The notes beneath the pieces are model-generated. The model did not search any database. It was not told the origin of the DNA and saw only the letters and a list, made by a program, of their open reading frames with translations. The translations under genes were made by a program, and so were the position numbers. A stretch of DNA of 64,000 bases from Eledone cirrhosa (Eukaryota): NCBI GenBank assembly GCA_964016885.1, contig OZ024743.1, positions 30,256,001 to 30,320,000 on the forward strand, written 5' to 3'. Each line of letters opens with the position of its first letter. Position 1 is the stretch's first letter. Shown piece by piece: positions 27,298 to 39,478 of this stretch.

Positions 27298-27473
27298 TGG
27301 CAGTATCGGTAGAGGGTCGGACGCCATGCTTTGACGCATAGAGTTACGGCCCTTGCCATTCTGAGTTCAAATCCCGCCGAGGTTAACTTTGCCTTTCATC
27401 CTTATGGGGTCGATAAAATAAAGTACCAGTAATACACTGGGTAATTGCTGGCCTTGTGCCAAAAGTAGAAACA
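27290..27473 (+). mobile_element. tRNA-derived SINE (Nin-like core) with TSD
   Basis: A box TGGCAGTATCGG, B box GAGTTCAAATCCC, core GCCTTTCATCCTT..GGGGTCGATAAA..AAGTACCA. TSD ATTATCTCTTGAAGC. Confidence 0.9.
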
Positions 27474-28434
27474 ATTATCTCTTGAAGCAAACTATCTGTA
27501 TCAGTCACGTTCATTTTGCAACTATCCAAACGAAATAAGTGCAGCATTGTTGGCGTTGAGTATATTTCTTAAGGATAAAACTGCCTAACATAACATACAC
27601 AACAATATACAGTTAATTATAAATAGTTTGTTGTTATTTTCAGAAAGTAATATATCGCCAGAACGAAGAAGTCTAATTTGTTGGAAATATGAATTACACA
27701 CGGTTAGTGTTTTATGCAAAAGTAAAATATATTCTCGTTTGGATATTAATTCAAAATTCGAAATATATATGAAATTTAAGAAATAAAAATATATTTTAAA
27801 TACAATATATGCTGTAAAATTATAATATGGTTTCAAATAATCTATTTCGGAGGCACTTGTCACTGCTTCAAATTACACCACTTCATATATACACGTTTAT
27901 ATATATTTCTACAAGTACCATGCTGAGTGATATATATAAGCTTGCATAATCAATAAGTCTTTCAATGTCCCAGCTTGTCATCATCGTGTCTTTCCTAACT
28001 AATCTGAGACCATAACTCTTTCCCTTATCTACTTATATATTATGTGAACTGACGTATTAGATGAGAATATGCTCTATTTATTATGTACACAAACTGAAAC
28101 TGTGTTGCATAGACGAGCGTATTGATACCAAACAATACAAAATGATAATATACTGCAATGGATATATTTTGTCACATATGCGTATGTATATGCGAACACA
28201 AATATAAACGTAATCACCCATGCAAATATAATTAATCTTGCTGTGTGTTTTTCTACATTTGGGGGCGTTTCGTATCTTAAGTACACCCAAACGCCTAACT
28301 GCATTTAAAAAAAAAAGAATATCCTTTTAATGCAACTGTATAAGCAAAATAACTTTACAAATAATAATATATCTTTGGAAAACGCAAGAGGATATCATTA
28401 ACGTACTTATATTTAGCAAACCTTATTTCTTTGA

Positions 28435-28830
28435 ATTGGCAGTATCGGTAAAGGGTCGGACGCACTGCTTTGACGCATAGAGTTACGGCTCTTGCCATTC
28501 TGAGTTCAAATCCTGTCGAGGTTAAATCTGCCTTTCATCCTTACAGGGTCGATAACATTTACGGGGTCGATAACATAAAGTACCAGTAATATACTTGGTA
28601 ATTGCTGGCCTTGTGCCAAAAGTAGAAACAATTATTTCTTTAACCATGTGGATTGGCAGTATCGGTAGAGAGTCGGACGCCATGCTTTCCAGAATAGTTA
28701 CGTCCCTTTACGGTCTGAGTTCAAATCTCGCCGGGTTCACTTTGCCTTTCATCCTTACGGGTTCGATAAACTAAAGTACCAGTAATATACTGGTTCATTG
28801 CTGGCCTTGTGCCAAGGGTAGAAGCAATTA
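28435..28830 (+). mobile_element. Two head-to-tail SINE copies
   Basis: Same family at ~28435-28631 and ~28649-28828. The second copy is flanked by ATTATTTCTTTAACCATGT. Confidence 0.9.
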
Positions 28831-29509
28831 TTTCTTTAACCATGTAATTATATGGATATAAATAACATTAGAGCTCCTATTAACAGAAATTATATATAAT
28901 ATGAAAGGTATTATAATATAATATAAAATATATATACGTATTTTTTTCAATAGAATTCATATACAATTTTGTATTTAAGATTTCATCTCCTGTAAATATG
29001 AAGGGCTTTGATATATATTAAATATTCATTCTATGATTTTCATTTATGAACATTGAAAAAAATGTGGTGTATCTAATAACTTTCATATTATACAGTATTA
29101 TTCCCAAAATTACTTTACGATTTCGCAACTCTTAAATTATTTGTAAAACACGTTCATATGTTATTTATTCATGTCTATTTTCAACGTACGACACATATTT
29201 ATTACGCACAGCATTCGCTAATTTTATATTTATATTTATGTGGCTGCTAAATAGCTTTAAAATACATATTCTGAAGCGCATTTTTTATTCATCATCTTAA
29301 TGTGCTCGTTCCTTAGACAGGAAAATAGATGAAATTTTCGCATTTTTTCCTACGTAATTTCCCAAGAAGACATTACACAATTGAGTAGCATACTTCCATT
29401 TATTATTAGCTTACCTTTAAAAATATATTAAATAAAATTTTCTTAGAAAACTTGCATGCATTTTTTATAGGATCTTACCTTTGAAAGAATATATATGATA
29501 AATTGAATA

Positions 29510-29652
<143 letters not shown>

Positions 29653-30171
29653 TTTGTATGACTGTATAAATGTATGCATGCGTGTATGCATACATATATG
29701 TGTCTGTTTTTGTTTGTGCGTTTTTGTAAGTGTGTGTATAAATTGGTAGGTATTCGTATGAATATATGCATATGTGTTTGTACATGATCTTGTACTCATA
29801 TTCGGGCTATATCTGTGTGTAAATACAAACCAGTTTCGACGAAAGCAATAACGCTCAAAAGAAGATTTCAACATTATATTTCACATGAACGTTTCAACAA
29901 TATCTATACTATGGAAAACGATCGCAATCAATTGGAAATCGATTCAGATTGATTTGGATGTCTTACTAACATTTATTTCCTTTTCACCTCAAGATTATTT
30001 GTTGTAGATACCCAATACTGTTACGGGCAACACATACATACATAATAGTAACAATATAGAAGATGAGAATAGATCGTCTTAATGGGGATACAATAAATAG
30101 TTGCAGGCACATATATTTTTCTACTGAACACTGAAAATAATCTCAAGTAGATCGGTTTAAACACACACCGG

Positions 30172-30260
30172 ATTCCAGAACCAGGGGAAGATAATTCCCT
30201 ATGAATTTCGAACTTTGGTCCTCATCAGGACAATGTATCCCCCTCGATTACTGCTGGAAT
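30172..30260 (-). ncRNA. Type I hammerhead motif with extended helix I
   Basis: Minus strand: CUGAUGA GGAC CAAA GUUC GAAA UUCA UA, enclosed by GGGG..GAUA/UAUC..CCCC and AUUCCAG/CUGGAAU pairings. Confidence 0.7.
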
Positions 30261-30285
30261 TAGAGACAGGCAATATATATATATA

Positions 30286-31589
30286 CAGGGTGGGGCATAA
30301 TTCCTGTTACAAAGTTTTAAATCAATTTAAAAATATATTATGTTGCTAATATAACTAATATATTTGTATCAAATCCATGCACTATAACCATATTGACTAT
30401 TTTTTCAGAAAATTACTCCATTAACTATTTGCAATGTCCATAGAATTGAAAAGAAAGTTCATATAGAGAAGCATGAAAAAGGCCTGACTCCACCCAAGAT
30501 ATTTAAACTGGGGAAAATTCTTATGATCAATAGAATGTTGATCAAAAGGACAATTAATCGATTTAAGGACACTTCCACACCCAAAGACAGACCTCAATCC
30601 GGACACCCTCGCACCTCAAGAACACCAAAACTTGTTAAAAGTGTGAGGGAAAAAATAAGGCGTAATCCAAGAAGGTCCATGAGAAAAATGGCAGAAGAAG
30701 TTGAAACATGGCTGAGATTTATACGGAGGATATGTCGAGATGATCTGGGGATGTCACCCTATAAGTTCCAAAAGAGGCAGGTTCTTTCTACAGCCATAAT
30801 TGAAAATAGGCTCTCGAGAAGTAAACTGCTATTGGACCGTATCAAGGATGGCATGCTGCAAAACATGACCTTTACAGATGAGTAGTTATTCACTGTGCAG
30901 CAGTCTCACAATCATCAAAATGATCGAGTACTTGCAAAAAGTCTCAAATCTATTCCTTCAAGTGTAGGAAAAGTGTTCAGAACAGGGCAACCAGCATCAG
31001 TGATGGATTGGGCAGCCATTTCTGAAAGAGGGAAGTCTCCTCTGATTTTTGTTCCTCAAGGAGTTAAAATTAACAAAGAACTTTGCATAAAGGATATTTT
31101 GGAAGGCGCACTGATGCCATGGTGCATATCTGTTTATGGCGATGACATTTGGACTCTCCAACAAGATGGAGCGACAAGCCACACTGCTTGCGTAACAGAA
31201 CAGTGGTGTAGAGATCATTGCCCTGCCAGGATCAGTAAGGAAGAGTGGCCTCCGACATCACCAGATCTCAACCCTCTCGATTTTTCCTTATGGTCAATTC
31301 TTGAGAGTGAAGCCTGCTCTACTCCTAGCCAAAATATTGAAACTCTAAAATCAAAACTGAATAAAGTATGGGAGAAAATACCCATGGAAACTGTTCGTGC
31401 AGCCATCGAATACTTTCCTACAAGTCTTCGAGCAGTAGTTAGAGCTAGAGGAAAGCATTTCGAATACATTTTTGGGCAGTTGTTTAATAGTATATTACTT
31501 ACTATTTGTTGTAGTCAGATATTGAAATAAATGTTTTTTTCAAGAATTATTTGCATTTTATTTTGTAACAGTTTTTATGCCCCAGCCTG
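30286..31589 (+). mobile_element. Complete Tc1/mariner DNA transposon, DD37D (maT) family
   Basis: TIRs CAGGGTGGGGCATAA..CTGTTACAAA / TTTGTAACAG..TTATGCCCCAGCCTG, TA flanks, ~1.3 kb. Confidence 0.95.
30434..31470 (+). pseudogene. DD37D transposase, disrupted
   Basis: FTDE*, QQDGATSH and WPPTSPDLNPLD, with 37 residues between the 2nd and 3rd Asp. In-frame stop at 30883-30885 and N-terminal frameshifts. Confidence 0.92.
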
Positions 31590-31683
<94 letters not shown>

Positions 31684-32048
31684 AGAAAAACCACATACCC
31701 TCCATCTCAACTCTACTTTTGAAAAGCAGAAGGAAACCGGTAAAGGAACCAAATAAATATTTTTTTTTTTTTAAATAAGACTCCAGTTGCATTTTCGATT
31801 TCATGTTTTTTTCTTTATACCTTCACTCGTGTAGGACACCTCACTTATTTTTCATTTTGTAAAAAAAACAACCTCACTTTCTAATATATATATATATATA
31901 TATATAGTTTGTTCGCTGTTAATACAAATGACACCATTCTTTGAACTGTCAGCTCTAAAATACAAATAATATATGTATTTCTTTCAGACTACGAAGTTTT
32001 TGAACTGTATTACTAACTGTAAACTTTTATCCAGATAGTTAGATAAGT

Positions 32049-32149
<101 letters not shown>

Positions 32150-32392
32150 TACTATTATATACTGCATATATATATATCCGGGTATATTTTTTCAATCACA
32201 TATTTTTTTATTTGTTTGACCCGAATTACTTGGTCGTTTCTATGGTTGTGCGGATGACGGTTTAGCCATCGTCTCAGTGTGTTTGGCCTTTAACGTATGT
32301 TGTAGCTCTGGTTCGTCAGAATTATTGAGCGCTGCCACACATCTTGGAAGCAGTTTTTCGCTAATTCCAAAGCCGAAATACGATTCTCGCTA

Positions 32393-32420
<28 letters not shown>

Positions 32421-32423
<3 letters not shown>

Positions 32424-32572
32424 CATTATGAAGAGAGAAGAAACATTTAGATATAATTAGTAATAAAATGTATCATACCGAAACTACGTAGTCGAGGAAT
32501 TTAGGAACAGTTTAGGTATGATACATTTTATTACTAATTATATCTAAATGTTTCTTCTCTCTTCATAATGTA
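32421..32572. repeat. Perfect ~59-bp-arm inverted repeat
   Basis: ATACATTATGAAGAG...GTATCATACC and its exact reverse complement surround a ~35-nt spacer containing GAAACTACGTAGTC. Confidence 0.92.
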
Positions 32573-32732
32573 TTTTTAACTCTGATACTGGTTCAGTCTG
32601 GTTCAAACTGAATTAGTCTGTCCCAGTCATTCATTGAGCAACATCGGTGAAGTTGGCACCCTTAACTCACAGTTGGGTGCGGATGCATTCATGTATATAT
32701 GTGTGTGTCCGCATGTATCTGTGTGTTTCTAA

Positions 32733-32762
<30 letters not shown>

Positions 32763-32764
<2 letters not shown>

Positions 32765-33023
32765 ATTATTTCTACTTTTGGCACAAGGCCAGCAATTATA
32801 CCAGTATATTACTGGTACTTTATTATATATAGATATATATATATATAATTGTTCTACTTTGGGCACAAGGCCAGCAATTACGCAGGGTATGACTGGTACT
32901 TTGTTTTATCGACCCCGTAAGATGAAAGGAAAAGTCAACCTCGGCGGGATTTGAACTCAGATCGTAAAGGGACGTAACTATGCTGGAAAGTATGGCGTCC
33001 GACTGTCTACCGATACTGCCAAT
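32763..33023 (-). mobile_element. SINE (full copy plus a duplicated 3' fragment)
   Basis: Reverse complement of the 27290 family at 32845-33023, plus a 3' fragment at 32763-32825. Confidence 0.9.
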
Positions 33024-33067
33024 CTAAAATATTAATAAATGAAAAATATTCTCATAATCAAAATATA

Positions 33068-33130
33068 TATTTTATTATACATATTTCAAAGGTACAATGG
33101 TGTTTCAGTACGTTTTCATCAGATAAAATA
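33068..33130 (-). ncRNA. Type I hammerhead in Naiad pLTR stub
   Basis: UAUUUUAU CUGAUGA AAA.GUAC...GUAC.UUU GAAA UAUGUA UA AUAAAAUA. Perfect 8-bp helix I. Confidence 0.82.
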
Positions 33131-33217
33131 TATGAGAGATTGGATATGCAACATACTGCTAAGGTTTTGAATATTCAATTCCTGTAGTGGTAGTAATTTA
33201 TTTCACCAACCCTCAAC

Positions 33218-33264
<47 letters not shown>

Positions 33265-34624
33265 TGTGTGTGTCTGGGGAGGGTATGTATGTGTCCGCGC
33301 ACGTATTTATTTAATTACAGCGCATGCAAGAGCAGTTTGTTTTAGATAATAACATCAAATCCTGACAATATCAATTCATTTAGTGTTGAAATATTTTAAT
33401 ATTCGTTATAGTAAGAATAGCGCTCCTGAGCAAGCACATAGACGATTTTACCTTCATATCAATATGTTTAACACATTTAGTTTAATGAAAACTACCATAA
33501 CTTGAATCATGTACAAAATGAGGAAATCTAAAATCCTATTGAAATTCTGCCGGTCTTCCATATAATTGAAAGTAAAATAGAATTGTACTCTGTATATAGC
33601 GGTTTACACATATACATACTTTTACAGACTCTGAAATAATTACTCTTGTTACGAGTTTTATAACCTTCTGTCATGGCGTTTCTCATTCAGTTACAATAAG
33701 ATTCCCTCAACCATGTTTAACAACATTATATTTTGAAGATTTAGCGTCAAGATGTTCAAACTGCCATTCTACATAGCCAATTCTTGCACGATTCAATGAA
33801 AATAAAAGACCGTACCGGTTGAATAGAACAATTCTTAGGCCTTTAGAGCAGGTCAATTTTAGTGTTCTTGGTCAGACAGGAAGAAACTGTCTCATTATCA
33901 GGATTTATAGAATAATCGATGCTAACTCTATAAAGGTCTGAATCAAAGGACTAGTATTCTATTAAACGAAGGAATGATCTTTGACGTCTATCCTAAGAAT
34001 TTTTGCTTTGTCTGTATGAGATCGTACACTTGATTATAATGCTTTTGATAAGCTCTATCGTGTCCAACTTGACGTAATTTTGAAGAATGGAATCCCATTG
34101 TCTGTGGTTGTGAACAAGTACGAATCTATTACAATAATTCATGATTTCATGAGGTGAGGATATTTAAGTGTGTGGGTTTCCTGTTTGAATAATTCTCTAT
34201 CGAACAATTTGAAATGCTAATTGTTTTATTCCCTACTCCAAACGGGATGCATAGAAGCCAAGTTATCATAACATCTCGTAGACAAATATCGAGATAACAG
34301 AACGAAGATTGATAGCTTAATTTCGCTTTTTAGATATTTCTCATATGTAAAAGGTGAACTGTGAGATAAAAAATATAACTTAAGGAGATCTGAATGGTTT
34401 TATGACAAACGACTTAGATCTTCATGTTCGACAATGTTTGTTGAAAATGTTTGTTGCACGTGTATGATAAACCTTTTAGGAGACAAATAACGCTGCATTA
34501 ATTATTATTAGATATTATGGAATACAATTTACATTACCTTCAAATTGATAGTGAATATGTAAGTATTGTTCAAACAAGAAGGCATCGTAATGTTTAACCG
34601 ATGGTTAAAACAATAATTAAGTGT

Positions 34625-34732
34625 AATAATTGTTTCTACTTCAGGCAAAAGGCCAGCAATTACCCAGTACATTACATGTACTTTATTTTATCGACCCTGT
34701 AAGGATGAAATGCAAAGTTAACCTTGGCGGGA
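34625..34732 (-). mobile_element. 5'-truncated SINE
   Basis: TTTTATCGACCCTGTAAGGATGAAATGCAAAGTTAACCTTGGCGGGAT. Confidence 0.85.
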
Positions 34733-35259
34733 TGTAATAATATATTTACTTTTGGTGAGTGGATGAGTTAAAATTTTAAACGTTTAGAATAGATATATAA
34801 GTATAGTTGATGTGACGTGTTAACTTTGTAGGGTGAAATATATTTTGGTGCGCGTTTATAGAGACTTAACCATTTATGGAAAATATTACCAAACCTATTT
34901 GCTAGAGAAGATATTTAGCTTACTAACAGAAAAATAGAAGTTACTGTTAAATATTTCACAATATGTACCACTCGAGTATATTATGGATCGATTTTGCTTC
35001 AAATCACACCACTGTAGATGGGCTTACTATTATTGCTGTAACATTTAATTGAGGTCACATATGCATATTTGCGGTAATTTGCCAATCTAAGTGATCATTA
35101 AATTATAGAAATTAATGAAATAGTATGCTGGAAAGCCTGAAGGAAGGAAGTATAATGGGAATTCGAGTTCATTTTAGATCCTGTCACCGTAGTCTTATCA
35201 ACTTGAATATAAGCATTATCGGTTAAATATAGGTGTTATCGGTTAAATATAAGTGTTAT

Positions 35260-38200
35260 CGCTGTGGGCAGAAGGGTCACTTCAGGGCCTTCTGCACGCA
35301 GAAGACAGCCAAGAAGAGGGCCCTCCACTTCCAACGCCTGATCCACTGCTACCAAGAGCAGGACAGGCAACAGAAGACCCTCCATGGGGAGTAGGAGGGC
35401 AACGTCCGTGTCACCAATACCAAGGCCACGGACAACTAAAGCAGCAGCAGCAGTGGCGGCAACACAAACATTCGCAGGAGCTACACCGGCGACAAAATCG
35501 CCGGAGCGGGCTCCACTACCACCAACAACAGCAGTGGAGCTCATATCCCTCCCAGACGCTACGGATTCTGGCATTGAGTATGAGGCGGGAGGAAGTGGCA
35601 AACCGTCTGCCAAAATAAACAAAAACAGGAAAAACCCCTTAGCTTCACCCTCCAAAGGTGAAGGCAGACAAAGAGGGATAAAGGCTGCAAGGAGACTTGC
35701 AGCAACACCACTACCACCACCAGCACCACCACAAACATCACCACCATCAAAAATTACACAACCACCAGCTCACCAAAAACACCAACATCGCAAACACAAC
35801 AAAACACACACACCCAACTTCAACAACAAGAAAACAGCAACAAAATAACCCCTCCCGCCAAAAAGTACACAGTCATAAACATGGCAAATAAAGAACTCCT
35901 ACAACATATAAAGCTTCACACAGACATCACAGAAAAAAACTGCCACACCCCACCAACACCAAGAAGTCTTGCGACAAACATAAATATCATTGAAATCAAA
36001 ATAGAACATTACAAACTTTTAAAACAAAAATTCCCCAACGCTGTTGAAGAATTCAAAGGGTAGATAACCAAGAGGATATACACCGACATCCTCTTGGAAA
36101 CACATGACTAGCCTAAGGGACAGTTCTACTGTCCCTTCACCACGCGATCAACGTAAATGATCCTTTCTCACTTACCTAGTTTCTCATCTAACCTGGCCGT
36201 ACTTAGAATAGGCAGTATAAATGTACGTGGTCTGGGGTCATCTTGGAAGCAGGGTGACCTGCTCAACGACCTCAGATCACTAAACAATGATGTGGTGGCC
36301 ATCAGCGAGACCAGAATCTCCGAAGCACGATCCTTCGCACCGATCTTCGGCGGCTACGATGTATATGCATCTCCTAGCCGTCCAGGATCGGGGGTGGTGG
36401 GGGTGCTTTGCCGTACTTTTTCGGAGAGGCTTGGATCTCGCCATACGGGCCATCTTCCTGGGCCCAGAAGGTAAGTCGGTGGTGTTGGACGTGACAGGCA
36501 GCGAAGGCAATGCTTTCAGGTTAGTAGCCGTCTACGCCCCAATAGGGGACGGACGGCCAGATTCTTCAGACGTCTAGAGAGAAATGTGGACATGGGCAAA
36601 CCGCATCGTGTCATCCAGATCTATTTAGATAGGGGATTCTGTAGGAAAACAGATAAGGCTAGTGTAGGTTGTCCACAATTTAAAGTAGTTGACTACACGG
36701 ACCACAAATTTGTAATCTGTGAAGTTGACTCAGATAGATTCCATAGGCAAGGGCACGGATACTCGGAGCTGAACGCGTCGTTCCAGGCGCGCAAAGCTTA
36801 GAGAGACCGGATTAGCGTATTCGTTAAGCATGCGTTGAGGTGTGCTATCGTCAACGACAGGTGGTGGTTTACCCTGAAAAGGGCTATTAGAGTAGAATCG
36901 ATAAGGTTTAGCAAAGGAATAGTGATAGAGTAGAGGGAGAGTTAGTTCGAAAGCTACAAGAGGCGTTTAGGACAGGCATCTCAACCGACGTGCTTGAGGC
37001 GAGATTGGCACTCGACCAATTCCTCAACGCAAAGCATAAAGGCTGCGTTGTCAGAGATAGAGTGCGTGATCTAAGACACGAGGGGACGAAAGCCGTTTAA
37101 TGGGCCCGGGTGGTGGAGGCGCGACGTGGAAACAAGTCCACAATTCGGTTTATGCCTGAACAAAACGGGCACATGTTGATCGAACCCGAGCAGATGTGTG
37201 CGGCTTTTCAACAGCACTTTGCTCAACTGTTCGGGAGCGGTGGCAGGCCGTTTCGCAGCATGGATTTCGGTGCATACCTTGACGGACTGCTGCGGCTCTC
37301 GACGGCCGCAGCGCAGTGCTACAAGAAGCCGATAACAGCAGGTGAAACACGGGAGGAGATGTCTGAGTGTACGAGTGCTAAATCACCAGGTTTGGATGGT
37401 CTGCCCTACCAGATTTATGCGTATATGCCAGACTTGATCCCGGACAGATCCATCCACGACAACTTCGATCTCATGCGATACATCATAGACAGGGTGATTA
37501 AGGAACCTGGCATGGGTGGGGCTCTGATCAACTTGGATCAATCTAAAGCATTTGATAGGGTCGACCATCTCTACCCAGCTGCGGTCCTCGAGGCGGCCGG
37601 CTTCGGGCCTGTTTTTAGGGGTAGATCGCTGCGATGCACAGCGACATCTGCTCGATCGTGAGGCTGAATGGTCACCTGTCGCAGCTTTTCAGCATCATGT
37701 GCTCGGTCCGCCAGGATTACCCCCTCTCGTCCCTCTTGTACGTACTGGCCCTAGAGCCTTTACTACAGACATTGGATACTATGAAGGGTCCGACGCGAAC
37801 TGGGATGCGGGAGATCCGTGTCAGCCTACGCCGACGACGTCAAAGAGGTGGTGTCAAGCACCAAACACGTCCAGATGCTCGGCACCGCTCTCCAGGAATA
37901 CGAAGCGGCCACAGGAGCAAAGATAGACCAGGTAGTCGGTGGGCTTGCAAATCGGCACCTGGAGAGGTAAGTCCATGCCGTCCGACAGCATCGTGGGGAG
38001 CTGGACGGAAGGACCGGTTACATTGCTCGGGGTCTGGTTCGGGCTGGACCTCCAGATTGAGAAAAACTGGAGCGAGGTGATGAGCAGGATGGCCTCACTC
38101 ACCCAGAAATGAGCCGAAGGCTCTGAAAGGTCGGGCGGAGGTGGCGAATGCGTACATAGCGTCCGTCATCTGCTACTGCCTGACCGTCGTACCTTGGCCC

Positions 38201-39478
38201 CGCCTAACCTCGAACAAAATGAAGCGCCTTCTCTTCCGCTTTTTGTGGAAGGGACGTGATCCCATGGTCAGACGATCCATTTACTGTCAACACCCGTTGC
38301 GTGGAGGACTAGGCATGCCGTGGCTGATGATGCGCAAACATGCTTCGAGGCTGCGACATCTCTGGTGCTTCCTTGAAGGTGAACAGGTGTGGTCGCCGTT
38401 TGCCAGACGCGCTTTTCTCCAGCTCGTCCCCTTGACGGAGCTGCAGTCCTGGATCAGAAAAAGGCCGAGGGATAGCGCTTGGAAGCTGGAATGTCTCCAA
38501 GTGCTCACCACCCTCTACCGGCTGGGCACTAGTATCGGTGGAACATCCACCTCGGCGTTCTATAGAGGGCTAGTGTAGTGAAAGAGCGACGACGTTCTCG
38601 GGGAGACCCTGGGCGTCGAAGACGATCAGCTATTCGCTCTCTTCAAGAGAAGTTTCAGACCGGGGCCTATGGACAACTTCCAGAAATCCATGGCCTGGCA
38701 GTGCTACCGGGGAGCGTTGCCGGTTCGGGATAAGCTCTACAGGTGCGGAGGTGCTGTCAGCCGAGACTGTCCGAGATGCGCGCAGGGTGACGAATCCGTC
38801 CTGCACGCACTCGTTCAGTGCCCGAGGATTGCTGACTTGTGGAGCTATGTCAAACAGCTGCTGTCGTGTGTAGGACGGATCCGGTTATCGACTGAGTACA
38901 TTGTGCAGATAGCCCCGCCATCCTCCTTTAAAGAGGAGGAAGGGCAGGCAGTTTTCATCTGTCTGGTGTCCATGGCGACAGAGATTGTTTGGTGGACAAG
39001 ATTGAAAGGGTTGAAGACGAACACTTTCCTCTCCGGCCAATCCCTGATTAACTTTTTCAAGTTTCACTTGAAGAGGAAAATCAGAGTGGAGAGGCAACTG
39101 CTGTCATCTAGTAAGTTTGTTGAAAGGTGGGTGAAATGGCGAGTCTGGTCCGAGTGAACGGGTCCGCTCTGATTATACGCCTGTAGACTGAGGAGTGGGA
39201 AAGGTGAGAGATGCTGATTGCCCTGGTGGTCAGGGTGGCCGTGTCTTTTGTGTGGTTTACCCCACGAGTGACCCTCGGAGGTTTCGCCTTTCTTGGTGAA
39301 TTTTCCTTGTTTGAATTTTTTTGGATTTCTAGCCCGATTTTGTTATGACCTGTTTACACGACCAAAACCCATTTGTATCGTTCTCTACCGTTCTGTGCCG
39401 TCTCTAATGTTTTTTTTCGTGTCAGCCCTTGTGGCCAATAAAGTAATCATTATTATTATTATTATTACTATTATTATT
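35260..39478 (+). mobile_element. Tx1/L1-clade LINE, 5'-truncated and decayed
   Basis: ORF1 tail, APE (LRIGSINVRGL, VAISET), RT (KSPGLDGLPY, LDQSKAFDRVDH), GGLGMP, CPRC..ESVLHALVQCP, then AATAAA + (ATT)n tail. Internal deletions near 36580 and 37435. Confidence 0.93.

Noticed and set aside
27290-27380. tRNA gene (A and B boxes)
   Set aside because: No cloverleaf; it is the head of a multi-copy SINE.
32222-32325. Additional degenerate hammerheads (also ~20850, ~21130, ~46400 and 17510)
   Set aside because: Core mismatches or no helix II/I pairing; cannot be distinguished from chance by eye.
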